Positions 10,449 through 21,907 of a stretch of 64,000 bases of DNA are shown here, one piece after another (the stretch's first letter is position 1; every line of letters starts with the position of its first letter). A program made the position numbers and the translations under genes. Below the pieces are notes generated by a model. The model had not been told where the DNA came from. It did no database searches and saw only the letters and a list, made by a program, of their open reading frames with translations. The stretch lies in IMG/VR virus record IMGVR_UViG_3300038520_001354, positions 30,644-94,643 of that record; one strand, 5' to 3'. The DNA comes from a virus (taxonomy: Duplodnaviria > Caudoviricetes).

Positions 10449-10452
10449 TAGT

Positions 10453-11106
10453 ATGGCTTTAAGTGGAGGGTATGCAGTTTATTTAAAATTAAATAAGTTT
10501 GATAGAGATACTAATGATTTATCAATAGATACTATTCCTTTAAGAGTAAATACTGTTCAAGTCAGTGTTAGCAGAACTGTTCCAGCATTTCCAATTCCTT
10601 TGTCTAGTTTAGCAAAAGGTGAATCTGTAACAGTTGGTGCTGATTTAGGTATGGCTTCAAAAACTATTTCTATAAATGGTTTTATTACTGAAACTACTTT
10701 AAGAAGAAGTCATAGTAAATCAAGCGGAAGTCCTGTTTCAAGAACATTTACTGCACATGAAATTGCTCAAATGATTGCATCTAATGTTGATTCTGCCGGT
10801 ATTGCACATTACCAGAACATAAATGAATTAACGGTATTTATTGATTCTGCTGTAAATGGACAGTATCAACAAAGAGGAACTACAAATCCATTACATACCG
10901 TCAATATTCCTTTAAATTTTGCATCAAGAGGTAATCCTTTAGAAAAAGACAATGAAAGAGTTCCTTTTCCTCACACAACATTTCCTGAAAATGATTCAGA
11001 AGAAAGCATTAAGGGATTTATTGAAACATTTAATTTTACTTTAGATTCTGAAACTGTTGAAGTTGCTTTTGATTTATCATTTAGACAAGCGACTATTTTC
11101 CCATGA
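10453..11106 (+). CDS. Putative distal tail/hub protein
   Basis: Directly after tape measure; DLGMASKTISINGFI pattern. Confidence 0.5.
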   Translation: MALSGGYAVYLKLNKFDRDTNDLSIDTIPLRVNTVQVSVSRTVPAFPIPLSSLAKGESVTVGADLGMASKTISINGFITETTLRRSHSKSSGSPVSRTFTAHEIAQMIASNVDSAGIAHYQNINELTVFIDSAVNGQYQQRGTTNPLHTVNIPLNFASRGNPLEKDNERVPFPHTTFPENDSEESIKGFIETFNFTLDSETVEVAFDLSFRQATIFP

Positions 11107-11116
11107 GGTGATTAAA

Positions 11117-12268
11117 ATGTATGATGTTCATGTAGGAGAGCAAAAAAGTTTAGTATTTCCTATTATGTGCAATGCGTTTGTTTCTATCGGTTATAGCGAT
11201 AATATCCCCGATGTGGAAGGCACTCCAAGTGACACAACTGATGATATTCCTTATGGGTTATGGGCGCACGAAGGCGACTTTTCCTTTGAAGCAATCGTAA
11301 CTCCCTATGATATAAATGGTGAAGCATTAGCAAGGAGTAGGGCTAATTCTCAACCGGAAAAGGTCATGCCATTCGGTGCAAGTGGAACAAGTCAATCTAA
11401 TTATGTTTTATCGGAAACAGGAGACGGAAGATTAAATCACGAAATGATTATATTTCATAATACAAGGCTTTCTATTAGTTTAGTTAATACTACAACAACT
11501 ACAATTAATCAACCTTCTGAATACAAAATAAGAGTTTCATTCCATGATGGGCCAACTGTAAATATTGATTCATCAACAGTAATTACTGCTTCTAAAGAAA
11601 GATTAGATACTTTAGGAGATACTACTTATAAAGAAGAAATAGATGGTTTTAATGAAAATGGATATAAAGTATTTGATAATGTTGGACAAAATAGTTTAGT
11701 TACATCAAGTGCAGGACAACCCGATATTAATTTTAGTTTAAATGCAGGTGTTAGTGCGGTTTTTACCGATTTTATTCCTGTTGGTTCTGAATTATTTTTA
11801 AGAGATGGATTTACATTTACTTCTTTAGGGACTGTTTTATCTTTTCCGGGTGGTAATGCTGTAAGAATGTCACAAAACTTAACTGCTGATTTAACTAACG
11901 GAACAGATATTTATATTGAATCATTTAAAGAACCAAAATATATTGAAAATACTCATCACATTGCAGTTAGTTACTTAGATTCTGCAAAATTAGCAAATAT
12001 ATTTTATAATGGGAGATTAGTTGGTTCGGGAAAAAGAACTTCAAATGATGCTTTTGTTTTTGAAAGAAGTGATTTTTTAATAGGCAGGGAAAACACAAAT
12101 AATTTAAATACAAGTAATTACGGTTATACTGCAAAACAATTTATGGGAGAAATGCACGAAATGTGTTTTGAAAGAGTTTACAAAAATAAGTATTCTAATT
12201 TTAATACTCTTTTACCTAAATTTGATGAAACTTTATTATATTTAAGGTTTGAAGAGGTGGACTTATGA
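11117..12268 (+). CDS. Tail protein with LamG/concanavalin A-like domain
   Basis: FSFEAIV...HHIAVSY...IFYNGRLVG...FLIGR...FMGEMHEM; GAGGTGA RBS supports ATG 11117. Confidence 0.65.
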   Translation: MYDVHVGEQKSLVFPIMCNAFVSIGYSDNIPDVEGTPSDTTDDIPYGLWAHEGDFSFEAIVTPYDINGEALARSRANSQPEKVMPFGASGTSQSNYVLSETGDGRLNHEMIIFHNTRLSISLVNTTTTTINQPSEYKIRVSFHDGPTVNIDSSTVITASKERLDTLGDTTYKEEIDGFNENGYKVFDNVGQNSLVTSSAGQPDINFSLNAGVSAVFTDFIPVGSELFLRDGFTFTSLGTVLSFPGGNAVRMSQNLTADLTNGTDIYIESFKEPKYIENTHHIAVSYLDSAKLANIFYNGRLVGSGKRTSNDAFVFERSDFLIGRENTNNLNTSNYGYTAKQFMGEMHEMCFERVYKNKYSNFNTLLPKFDETLLYLRFEEVDL

Positions 12269-15200
12269 CAGTTACAGTTACAGGTTTGCCTACAATTCAT
12301 AATGCAGATATTGATGATAATTATAATGTTCCTACAAATCCGTTCTTTACTACTGCAATAGCAGCAGATACAGATAGAGTCTTTGGTGTAGTAGTTGAAG
12401 ATACTACTGATACTACAACAATAAATGAACCTATTTCAAGTGCAGGATTAGTTACTGAATATTCTAATTTAGAAAACACAAACGGTTTTACTATTCGTTG
12501 CTATAATTCTCACACTACAACAGGATTAAATTTAGCAAGTATAGATTTAACAGTAAATGATTTTTTTGTTTTAGTCCATTCAGATGATGCTAATTTACAC
12601 CATATGGCTAAGATAACAGAAATTAAATCAGCCGATGCAAGTGGAGATATGTTTGAGTTTGAACCGAAGTTAGGTAATCAAATAGCAAAAGATACTAAGT
12701 TTATGGTATTTAAAGGGCCAACAGTTAGTAATAAAGTTGTTGCTATTACTTGTGGTTTAATTGCAAATCCTCATAATGATGTAGTTTGTTCTAAGCCATT
12801 ATGGTATTTCTATAATGATAAGTTAGATAAAAAGAATGAATTGAATCATAGCACTAAATATTTAGTTAAAATGATGGATGCTAATAGTGGGGCAAGTCTT
12901 AATTTATCGAGTCCTACTTATACAGGTGCATTTGTCACTATAAATGAACATAGAAATAAAATAGTTGATTACAGTAAGTTTTCTTATAATATTAAGACAA
13001 AGGACTTGCTTAGAACAAAAGACGACCCCGATAGTTCTAATTCTTTAAGGCATTCAGAAGGACAAACAAAATCATTCAATGCCGATAATTATACTACAAG
13101 TTTTTATAATGCAAGAAGAAGTGCAAGTAATGAAATAGCCGCCACTGATTATACAGGGCCACATAGATATTTAACTTACGCTACTTCTCCTAATTCTGTT
13201 AATTTACTTCCTGCTACATTAAATACATATGTTCAAGAAAGTATAGATGGAAAGGCTGGGTTTGCTGAAACAAAACTAATTGATGATGGTAATATTTATA
13301 GTAGTAAATTAAGTATAGGTGATAAATATACAGTAAGACAAGAAATAGATAGTGGCACATTTGAAGAATGGGTCGAAATAGCGACTTTAGGAACATTGGG
13401 TGCAAGTGTATCAAATAGAAGAAGTTATAGTATTAAAAATACAAATGGACTTCCTTTAGATATGACTAAATACATTAATTCTAATGACGAAATTAAAATA
13501 GGAAATAGAATTTTAAGAGTCCATACTGTGTTTGCTACTGCTATTGATGTTTATGATTTTAGTCGATTAGAGACAGATTCAATCTTTGACACTTCAACTA
13601 CTATGGATAATTTGGCAGAAGATTCAAAGATTTATAGAAGAAGATTTAATGCTACTGATAATACTTTATTGGTTGATTTTGATTTCAACGATAGCAATTA
13701 TGACAGTTTAAAAGTAGTATTATATTCTGAAGCATATAAAACAACAGAAATATCTGTTGTCGAACCGGATGCAGGAGTTACTTCTAAACATAAACTTCTA
13801 TTCTTAAATCAAGATAAAAACCATAGAGGAACTTTAAATTCAACAAGAACAGGACTTCAATATGCTAGAGGCAGTTATATTATACTAAACCAAGTATTTA
13901 CAGGACAGGTTGAAAATATAGAAACTAAGATAGAAGATGGAGTAAGTTACTTATCTTTAGAAGGAAGAAATACTCTATCTAAATTGATAGACCCTATAAC
14001 AAATAAAGATACTGTATTTAGTGAAGATATTATTTATAGTAGTAAAAGCCCATTTAACGACTTAACTTCTAAGAGTGCTACTGCTACTATTGCGTTTAAT
14101 AGTAAAACTATTTCAAGTATAAATCCTGTAAGTAGTTTTAATAAAAATGATAAAATATGGGCAGGTGGATTTTTTGTAGGAGAAGTTTCTGCCGCAGTTA
14201 CTAACTCATCAACAGTTGTATTATATGATTATCCTTTACATGAAGGAACAGGTCTTGCTATTTCTGTTGAAAATAATAAAAAATATATTTATAATAAGGC
14301 TCTTGCTTCTAATCCATTAATTACAAGTAGTAGTGACTTAAATGGTGCAAGTGATAAAGGGCTATTCTTTAAAACAGGAAATCGTCTAAGTGATAGTAAT
14401 GGGGTTGCTACATTTAATGCTTTAACAGAATTTGAGCCTTTACCAGCAAGTAGTTCTTCAACTCACGCAAATGCAAGAGGATATGAAATTAATAAAATAG
14501 AAAATATATTAAGTGATTCTATCTTCTCTTCGTTAATAGATGGTTATGGTCAAGATATATTAAACACACTGATAGACTTTAGTATCATTTCAGTTATTAA
14601 AAATAATAATGAAACTATTGTTAAATTAGCACCTTATGTTCCTCTTACATTAGGAAGAAGTCAGCCTAATTATGCTAATATAAACGATGCAGGAACTTAT
14701 ACAAGTTTAGGAACTTGTATTGATTTTGTTGATGGTGCTTCTTCAGGTCTTGGTGCAAGTTTTACTTCTGCGAATGCTAATAAAAACATTTCACATATTG
14801 ATATTCACCCAACACCTTCTTCTGCTCAAAAAACTGCTTTGATGAAACTAAAAGCCGGAGATGCACTATATACTTCGACTGATTTTATAGGGAGAGTTGC
14901 TGTAAGTATGGCGGCTTCTGATACTATAATACTAGAAAGCCCTGTTCCTCCTTCTTTAGTCGCATTAAAGGAAATTTTTGTTCACAATATATCTTCTGCT
15001 AGTGACAAAAAACAACACGATTTAATGTTAACTAATGCAGAACACTTACATGGAGGAAAATTAATTACTTTATTAGGGCCAAAAAATAAAATATTAAACT
15101 ATGAAATTTATAATAATGGTTCTGAACACACTTATTATGATACATTCGGGGCTTCTATGTTTAGATTATTAAGCATAGAAAAAGGAAATATAGGGCCAAC

Positions 15201-18200
15201 CTTCTCCTTTTTAAGAGGGGAACATAACGGAGATGTGGATAATAGAAATTTACCGAATATTAATTTCTATGAAAATGAACCTGAATATAATTACTATGCA
15301 ACTGCTTACAAAGGAACTGATATAGTAACAGTCAATAAAAGAGGAACGGGTGTTAATAACGGCTGGCCTCATGAACAATGTGGATTAATACCAATTACCG
15401 GTTCTAATTACTATGATAGAAAGCGGTTTCCTAATACGACTACTTTTAATATAATTAATAGATTTAAACATGTAGTTTTACCAAGTTCTTTTGATGAAGA
15501 ATTTGCAGATACGGCCTTTACCGCATCTCATTCAAAAGCAACTTTTTATCATATAGACCCTAATGCAGCAAGATTATTTTTGTTTGTTAATTCTGATAAA
15601 TATACTTATTCTTCAACGAGAAAGGATAGTTTATTAAGTTCTTCTTCTATCACTCTTAGTGACTATGGATTAATGAGCATTAAAAAACCTAAAATATCAA
15701 ATGCTTCTCAAACAAAAGAATCTGTTGTAGGAAACACATTTAGAATGGGGCATTTAGATACTTCTTATAATCATAGTAATATATTAAGTTCAGATAAACA
15801 CCCTACTAATTTAACTAGGTTTGGGCTTATGAGATTAACTGAGTGCGTTTATGATTGGTTTTGGAATCCTATTAATCCTGAATCGGAAGCAGACTTAAAA
15901 AAAGTAATTGAGGGAGAACATAAGAATATTTCGTTTAATCTTGAAAATGTAGGAACTGCTGCTAGTTTTGCTGCACCTGCTGGTGGACATATGGTTATTA
16001 CTTTTAATGCTGGACATAGTTGTGCAGTTGGTGATTTTTTAGTTGATGTTTCACCCACTTACTCTAATAATTATTTAATAATGGGCGAAGTTACTAATGT
16101 TAGCAGTAATGATGTTACAATAACTGCATTAACAAGAACAAGAGAAAGTGGCGGAACTGCTTCTATTCATGGAGGAACGGGTGAAGATATTTATGCGATT
16201 CGTGCAGCCGATATAGCACTTACAAATAAGGTTACAGGATTTGCTGATGCAGAAACAATTATTCCTGAAGGATTAGATGTTAATTTATCTAAATCTATTG
16301 TTTTTGGTGGAGGTGCTGACGGAGGAACTTTTGGTTTTAGTTCATCAAGCGATTGGTTTAAAACATTTAATGGATTAAGTGGATTACCGACATTTTCTAG
16401 TGGGGAAGCAATACTTCCTATCTTTTTTGAAGTTGATTCAGTAAATTATACTAATAATCCACGAATGGAAAGCAGAACAGTAGCGGTTAGTTGGACAGAT
16501 GGGGCTAATACTGCATCAGTTCCTAATGCTTCTTTATTAAATTTAGGAGATAGAGTCGCTTCATATACAAGTTCTTCGGGTGTTGATTTAAACAAAATAA
16601 ATTATATTTATCACATTACTGCTATTAATACTTCAACAAATGTAATTACATTTAACAGACCCATAAATAATAATTCGAGTGCCGCAAACGGAACAAATAA
16701 TTTTGTTTTTATACAAAAAAGAAATACAAATCTTCATCACACTAATGCTTTCTTTAGATGGTGGGATATGCAGGGATTAGATAACACACAGGAACTTGGT
16801 TATACTGCTGAATTAAATCTTCTTAAAGCAACTATTTTACAAGGTTCTGTAAGTCAAAGCGGAATATCAGATAATGGGTCAACTATTAGATTAAAAAGTT
16901 TAGGATGGAATACAGTTCAAACTGCAAGTAAATCATATACATATCCTCTAGTTAGGGGAAATGATGCAAGTATTGACTATGGTTATTTTGCTAGTAAAGT
17001 AAGAAGCAACACTGATTTTAGTGATACTGAAGTTGATGGTGTTGTATTAGGTATTAAGATGTCTATTTATGGTGGAGATGTTGGTGGTAGTCTCGGAATA
17101 ACTGATAACGGTAATGTCAAAGGAAACAATAATGCTACTTTTAGGCAATATCATATACCCTTCGATTCAACTAATTCCCAAAGATATAAATATTTACAGT
17201 TTGTTGATTTAACAGGATGTTATTTAGTTCCGATAGTAGGAAAAAGAGATGATTCTTCAGATGTATCAACTACAACGGATGACGATTTAGCAAGTTCTTC
17301 TGCACAAAATGTTACCGCTAATGATATAATTTATGTTGTTTCACATGAATATGATAGTAAACAAACTTCATTTACTCTTGTTTCTAGTGATTTTAACCCG
17401 AAGGTTGTTGAAGATGGATGTATTTTAACTTTAGATAAGGCTTTAGTCGATGATACTCATTATAAAATAATGCAACCGAATCCTGTTGCTTTTTGGCCTG
17501 ATTCTCCTAACAATATAAATATTAATGAAATGAGCAGTAAATACACTAAACAAGCAGATTCAGACAAAATGTATGGTGAAATTAGTGCTTGGGATATAAG
17601 AAATGGTAGTGATTCTCTTTCAGATAATAAAGAAAACACTTTAGAAGGGATTCAGTCAATGTATGTTGTAGTCGATGTGGATAATTTAGGAGGTTCAGAT
17701 AATACTGTTCTTAAATCATTTACAGAAGTAAATAATGCAATAGGAGACATAAACAAGGAAGTTTGTATTAGTGATGGTAATACTAAAATCGTTACAAGTT
17801 TAGAAACTGATACATCAAATGGTTTTGGTGTAAAATGTGGATTTGGTGAAATAAAACAAAAATTAAAGGGAGTTGTTTCTGTTTCAGAAACATTTGAATT
17901 GACTGTTGCAGGTGATATAGAAGTTGATGATGAAAGAGCATTAATAGGTAGCACTTTAAATATAGTAAAGGAAAGCGAAGATTTAGTTGAAGAGTTCCTT
18001 GAAGATAATGGAGTGAATTATAATCTTACAAAAGAATCTTATCCTATCTATGCTTCTCCTGATTTTCAGGGCGCATCCACTTATTCTGTAATTAATTATT
18101 TATTGTCGTTAAAAGATAAAAAAATAAATGATGATAGCGGAACTTTAGACATAGAAAATACTTCTAATAAAGTAGTTAAGTTTACTTTTACCGATTCAGA

Positions 18201-18843
18201 CATATTAGAATTTAAACAAATTAAGAGTAAATTTAATTTCTATAACGAGGTAACTGTTTATGGTGCAGGTTTAAAGTCCACTAGAAAAGACATTAAAAGC
18301 ATTAAAAAAGACGGAAGAAAAACATTGGAAGTTTTCTTAGAAGAATTGATAACACAGGAAGATGTTGATAAAAAAGCATATTTGTTATTAAGAATACATA
18401 GTGACCCAGAAAGCAATTTAGAATTATCTTTACCTATTGATAGAGTTAAAAATATTACAGTAGGAGATATAGTAAATTGTGAAATTAGAGCAGGAAATGT
18501 TCCTATGAATCAATACATTATTTTAGAAACAACGCATTCCACTGATGGTATAATCAAGTTAAAACTAGGCAGATATAGAATAGGCTTAGATGATACCTTT
18601 GCAGAACTATTATTGCAAAATAAAAAAGATAAATCATATAATCGAAAGAAAAACTTTTCAGAAAACGAAAATGATTTTGATTTCTTTAGTTCTGCAAAAA
18701 TAAAAGAAATGCAATTAACTATTCGTAAAAGGTCTTTATCAGGAACAACGCTTGGGTTTGAGAATACTTTAAATACGAATGGCAACCAATTAGGTTTCGG
18801 TGGCAGCGTCACGCATACAGTTCTCTTGGAGGAAGATTTATGA
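12265..18843 (+). CDS. Large tail tip/central fibre protein (2192 aa)
   Basis: Very long Ser/Thr/Asn-rich ORF; VFTGQVENI...LSLEGR and YNEVTVYG...ITVGDIV hub-like segments. Confidence 0.65.
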   Translation: MTVTVTGLPTIHNADIDDNYNVPTNPFFTTAIAADTDRVFGVVVEDTTDTTTINEPISSAGLVTEYSNLENTNGFTIRCYNSHTTTGLNLASIDLTVNDFFVLVHSDDANLHHMAKITEIKSADASGDMFEFEPKLGNQIAKDTKFMVFKGPTVSNKVVAITCGLIANPHNDVVCSKPLWYFYNDKLDKKNELNHSTKYLVKMMDANSGASLNLSSPTYTGAFVTINEHRNKIVDYSKFSYNIKTKDLLRTKDDPDSSNSLRHSEGQTKSFNADNYTTSFYNARRSASNEIAATDYTGPHRYLTYATSPNSVNLLPATLNTYVQESIDGKAGFAETKLIDDGNIYSSKLSIGDKYTVRQEIDSGTFEEWVEIATLGTLGASVSNRRSYSIKNTNGLPLDMTKYINSNDEIKIGNRILRVHTVFATAIDVYDFSRLETDSIFDTSTTMDNLAEDSKIYRRRFNATDNTLLVDFDFNDSNYDSLKVVLYSEAYKTTEISVVEPDAGVTSKHKLLFLNQDKNHRGTLNSTRTGLQYARGSYIILNQVFTGQVENIETKIEDGVSYLSLEGRNTLSKLIDPITNKDTVFSEDIIYSSKSPFNDLTSKSATATIAFNSKTISSINPVSSFNKNDKIWAGGFFVGEVSAAVTNSSTVVLYDYPLHEGTGLAISVENNKKYIYNKALASNPLITSSSDLNGASDKGLFFKTGNRLSDSNGVATFNALTEFEPLPASSSSTHANARGYEINKIENILSDSIFSSLIDGYGQDILNTLIDFSIISVIKNNNETIVKLAPYVPLTLGRSQPNYANINDAGTYTSLGTCIDFVDGASSGLGASFTSANANKNISHIDIHPTPSSAQKTALMKLKAGDALYTSTDFIGRVAVSMAASDTIILESPVPPSLVALKEIFVHNISSASDKKQHDLMLTNAEHLHGGKLITLLGPKNKILNYEIYNNGSEHTYYDTFGASMFRLLSIEKGNIGPTFSFLRGEHNGDVDNRNLPNINFYENEPEYNYYATAYKGTDIVTVNKRGTGVNNGWPHEQCGLIPITGSNYYDRKRFPNTTTFNIINRFKHVVLPSSFDEEFADTAFTASHSKATFYHIDPNAARLFLFVNSDKYTYSSTRKDSLLSSSSITLSDYGLMSIKKPKISNASQTKESVVGNTFRMGHLDTSYNHSNILSSDKHPTNLTRFGLMRLTECVYDWFWNPINPESEADLKKVIEGEHKNISFNLENVGTAASFAAPAGGHMVITFNAGHSCAVGDFLVDVSPTYSNNYLIMGEVTNVSSNDVTITALTRTRESGGTASIHGGTGEDIYAIRAADIALTNKVTGFADAETIIPEGLDVNLSKSIVFGGGADGGTFGFSSSSDWFKTFNGLSGLPTFSSGEAILPIFFEVDSVNYTNNPRMESRTVAVSWTDGANTASVPNASLLNLGDRVASYTSSSGVDLNKINYIYHITAINTSTNVITFNRPINNNSSAANGTNNFVFIQKRNTNLHHTNAFFRWWDMQGLDNTQELGYTAELNLLKATILQGSVSQSGISDNGSTIRLKSLGWNTVQTASKSYTYPLVRGNDASIDYGYFASKVRSNTDFSDTEVDGVVLGIKMSIYGGDVGGSLGITDNGNVKGNNNATFRQYHIPFDSTNSQRYKYLQFVDLTGCYLVPIVGKRDDSSDVSTTTDDDLASSSAQNVTANDIIYVVSHEYDSKQTSFTLVSSDFNPKVVEDGCILTLDKALVDDTHYKIMQPNPVAFWPDSPNNININEMSSKYTKQADSDKMYGEISAWDIRNGSDSLSDNKENTLEGIQSMYVVVDVDNLGGSDNTVLKSFTEVNNAIGDINKEVCISDGNTKIVTSLETDTSNGFGVKCGFGEIKQKLKGVVSVSETFELTVAGDIEVDDERALIGSTLNIVKESEDLVEEFLEDNGVNYNLTKESYPIYASPDFQGASTYSVINYLLSLKDKKINDDSGTLDIENTSNKVVKFTFTDSDILEFKQIKSKFNFYNEVTVYGAGLKSTRKDIKSIKKDGRKTLEVFLEELITQEDVDKKAYLLLRIHSDPESNLELSLPIDRVKNITVGDIVNCEIRAGNVPMNQYIILETTHSTDGIIKLKLGRYRIGLDDTFAELLLQNKKDKSYNRKKNFSENENDFDFFSSAKIKEMQLTIRKRSLSGTTLGFENTLNTNGNQLGFGGSVTHTVLLEEDL

Positions 18844-19187
18844 TAACAGATAAAGCAAGGAATTTATTAGCAAATCATCTAAAAACTCTTATTACCGCAG
18901 GTGAAGGTAAAATAGGATTAGGTGGAAATAACACAAGTCCAGCCGCCACTACTTTAGATACAGCAATTACAGGAATTACCGTTACTAAGAGTATTGATGT
19001 AACAGATGAAAATGTTGTGCAAGTTAAATTAGAAATACTAGGTAGTGCAATATCTGGAAAAGTAATAAGAGAAGTCGGGCTATTTGATAGTGTTCCTAAT
19101 ATGCTTCAAAGATTTAATTTTGATGGAGTTGGGCCATTTAGTTCAACAGAAAGACTACAAATATTCATAACGATGGAGATTGAGTAA
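18840..19187 (+). CDS. Putative tail collar/fibre-attachment protein
   Basis: MITDKARNLLA...KIGLG...IREVGLF pattern. Confidence 0.55.
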   Translation: MITDKARNLLANHLKTLITAGEGKIGLGGNNTSPAATTLDTAITGITVTKSIDVTDENVVQVKLEILGSAISGKVIREVGLFDSVPNMLQRFNFDGVGPFSSTERLQIFITMEIE

Positions 19188-19188
19188 A

Positions 19189-20487
19189 ATGACAGAACAA
19201 AATCCTTATTTTTATAGTAGGTTATCCACAACACCTACAACGCAAATAGAAGATAGTGAAGATAATCCACATACAGGATTAATAAAAGCACTATCAGTAG
19301 GAATGACAGGAAATTATGCAATAAGGGCAGGTAATGAATTTGATATTACTATTGCTTCTGCTTCAACTGTTACAGTTGCTTCGGGTGTAGTATTTAGAGA
19401 TGGTGCATATCAAGCCGTTAATGCTACAAGTAGTCCATTAACACTAGGAACTGCTGCCGCTAATTCAACTTATTCATTAATAGTAGTTGATTCGTCAAAT
19501 GCTTTAGCCATTAGAACTACTTCTAATACCAATAAAGTTCCGGCATATACTTTAGAAGATATTCCTATTGCATTAGTGCTATATACAGACAATCAAGCAA
19601 CAACAGAAGTTCAATTCTTAACTACTAATAAAATGGCAAATTCTGTTTCTCTTGGTTATAAAGATTCAAATGCCTTTACTGAAGGTATGACAATGAGTGC
19701 TGATTCTAATAGAACCTTACTTAAAAATAAAGGCGCAACAAGAGATGTTAGAGTTATATTAGGAGATGACAATGTTAATGCTAAGTTTGAAATTTATCAA
19801 GATTCTGATTCAGATGGAGATGAAGGGGATGATGAATTATTTAGCGTTAAAGCAAGTAGTGGAGAAATTGCTATGAAGAATGGCGCACTATTAAGAAACC
19901 CTGATGCTAATAACTTTACTATTGTTGAAAACCAAGTTAATTTAGGAGGAAATACTTTAACTATTGGGGCTGCTTCGCAATTTACAGTTGAAAGTTCTTC
20001 AAGTGATATGATAATAAGTAATACTGTTAATGATAAGGTTATACAATTTAGTGTTAAAGATGATGGCGGCACTTCAAGAACCGCTTCATTTACTGCTGTT
20101 ACGCACGATAATAATATTCAATTAAAAGGAGTTGAAGAAGTTATTATTGTTGCCTTATCTGATGAAACAACTGATTTAACAACAGGAACAGGAAAAGCGT
20201 CTTTTCATATGCCTTTTGCCATGACTTTAACTAAAGTAAAGGCTTCTGTAAATACTGCACCTACGGGTGCATCTATTATAGTTGATATTAATGAAGCAGG
20301 TAGCACAATTTTTTCAACTCAATCTAATCGCCCTACTATTGCCGCAAGCGGAACAACAGCAAATGCGGCTGGTATTAATGATACTGCTTTAGCCGATAAC
20401 GCTTTAATTACTTTCGATATAGACCAAGTAGGGTCAAGCGCAAAAGGAAAGGGATTGAAAGTTACATTATATGGATATAGGACATGA
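19189..20487 (+). CDS. Putative tail fibre protein
   Basis: TVTVASG N-terminal module and beta-rich C-terminal domain ending KGLKVTLYG. Confidence 0.6.
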   Translation: MTEQNPYFYSRLSTTPTTQIEDSEDNPHTGLIKALSVGMTGNYAIRAGNEFDITIASASTVTVASGVVFRDGAYQAVNATSSPLTLGTAAANSTYSLIVVDSSNALAIRTTSNTNKVPAYTLEDIPIALVLYTDNQATTEVQFLTTNKMANSVSLGYKDSNAFTEGMTMSADSNRTLLKNKGATRDVRVILGDDNVNAKFEIYQDSDSDGDEGDDELFSVKASSGEIAMKNGALLRNPDANNFTIVENQVNLGGNTLTIGAASQFTVESSSSDMIISNTVNDKVIQFSVKDDGGTSRTASFTAVTHDNNIQLKGVEEVIIVALSDETTDLTTGTGKASFHMPFAMTLTKVKASVNTAPTGASIIVDINEAGSTIFSTQSNRPTIAASGTTANAAGINDTALADNALITFDIDQVGSSAKGKGLKVTLYGYRT

Positions 20488-20491
20488 TATT

Positions 20492-20932
20492 ATGGGAATA
20501 ATTATAATTAATTCTTATGCACATGGAGTCGCTTCGGTTCCTTTAGCAGCCTCAAATGATGCCGGAAGTTATATCCCCGATGTTGATATGTCAGATGTAG
20601 CAACAGGCTCAATTGTTAGTTTTACTACGCCTAATGGCGCATTAAGCGCAACAGTCATTCCAAGTGGAGGAAGTGGAAGTTATACCTTTTCTTGGACATT
20701 AACTAAAGTTCAAGAAAATAGTTTGCCTTTACACCCAAGTTTTCCCTTTTTCTCAGTTAATACAATAGGTGCAACTAATACAAATACTTTAGCCCCTACA
20801 ATAGATGGCGCAAGGGGCGCAAATGGCGGAGATGTTTTTGATGCTGAGTTTTTAGCACGATGCACTGTAAGTGATGGAGTATCGACTGTTGTTGTTGATA
20901 TTCCTTTTACCGTTATGGCGGCATCGTTCTGA
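20492..20932 (+). CDS. Putative fibre-associated Ig-like protein
   Basis: SGGSGSYTFSW...ARCTVSDG; last gene of the + strand module. Confidence 0.5.
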   Translation: MGIIIINSYAHGVASVPLAASNDAGSYIPDVDMSDVATGSIVSFTTPNGALSATVIPSGGSGSYTFSWTLTKVQENSLPLHPSFPFFSVNTIGATNTNTLAPTIDGARGANGGDVFDAEFLARCTVSDGVSTVVVDIPFTVMAASF

Positions 20933-20990
20933 TTTAGCCCATATAAATTATAATAAGCGAAATAAAAAATTGGAATTTTTAAAAAACCAA

Positions 20991-21032
20991 AAAAAAATGA
21001 GGGAGGCCGAAGCCCCCCTCAAATTGTTTTTT
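20991..21032. terminator. GC-rich hairpin/bidirectional terminator at convergent junction
   Basis: TGAGGGAGGC-CGAA-GCCCCCCTCA flanked by an A-run and a T-run. Confidence 0.7.
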
Positions 21033-21162
21033 CAGACCATATTCCGTTACAGGCACGACACTCCCACAATTTAACTTGTTGGGGCGAACCTACATAAAAT
21101 CCAAGTAGCCTTCTTGCAACGGTTGACTCGTTACAATAAGGACAAACTTGTTTTAATGCCAT
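21019..21162 (-). CDS. Small zinc-ribbon protein (47 aa, not in track)
   Basis: MALKQVCPYCNE...WECRACNGIWSEKTI*. Confidence 0.6.
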   Translation of the reverse strand: MALKQVCPYCNESTVARRLLGFYVGSPQQVKLWECRACNGIWSEKTI

Positions 21163-21166
21163 ATAA

Positions 21167-21313
21167 TCACTTTCTATTTTCTTCGCCCATCAGACGCTTC
21201 ATATATTCTTCAACGCTTTCATCGGTGATATTAGTTCCACCAAATGCCGCAAAGAACAAAAGCATCAGAACAACGAGAAATACAAATAAACCAAACCATT
21301 CCCAGCCTGTCAT
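21167..21313 (-). CDS. Small membrane protein (48 aa, not in track)
   Basis: MTGWEWFGLFVFLVVLMLLFFAAFGG...; start overlaps the upstream stop. Confidence 0.55.
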   Translation of the reverse strand: MTGWEWFGLFVFLVVLMLLFFAAFGGTNITDESVEEYMKRLMGEENRK

Positions 21314-21906
21314 TACCATTTCACCTCTAATTCTTTATGTTCACCTTTTTCTAAAGAAAAGGCTTTAACTATTCCATTTTCTTGACCGTATTTCCACAAG
21401 TCAAATACTAATTGAGTATCTTTCATGCAATACTCAACGACTTCATCATATTGCCCCATTTTCCATAACTTAGGCGCATCTGCACTATCCATTAGTTTAG
21501 CATCATTCATAGTGCATTTTACAAGATTTTTTAACTGAAATCTTTCACCATGCTCTTTCATCAAGATTCTTGAAGTATCTATAAACTTTTCATTTTTTAA
21601 GTATTTATTTATACAAAAAATATCCATAGAATCCCTAAGAATAGGCAAATCAAATGCTTTGATATTATGTCCTAATAGGACTCCGCCCTTCTCTAAATGA
21701 TTATCTAAATCATATTTTAGTTCAGATAATGGTTTAATTATGTGTCCAGACTTTGCAAATGAATCAACTGCTTCATCAACATAAACAGTTCCATTTGCGC
21801 CATCCCATGTAGCAACTGTTGATACTTGAAACATATGGGTATTACTAAACCCACCTATGTCATAAGACATATTTTTAGTTTCTAAGTCAATTGCTAACAC
21901 TGACAT
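21313..21906 (-). CDS. DEDD/RNase H-like 3'-5' exonuclease
   Basis: LAIDLET, GHNIKAFDLP, YCMKD motifs. Confidence 0.75.
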   Translation of the reverse strand: MSVLAIDLETKNMSYDIGGFSNTHMFQVSTVATWDGANGTVYVDEAVDSFAKSGHIIKPLSELKYDLDNHLEKGGVLLGHNIKAFDLPILRDSMDIFCINKYLKNEKFIDTSRILMKEHGERFQLKNLVKCTMNDAKLMDSADAPKLWKMGQYDEVVEYCMKDTQLVFDLWKYGQENGIVKAFSLEKGEHKELEVKW

Positions 21907-21907
21907 A

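Noticed and set aside
430-20072. Minus-strand ORFs within the structural module and plus-strand ORFs within the replication block
   Set aside because: Antisense shadows of longer genes, with no RBS or recognisable motifs
12265-20932. Diversity-generating retroelement acting on tail genes
   Set aside because: No reverse transcriptase in the window and no template/variable repeat pair noticed
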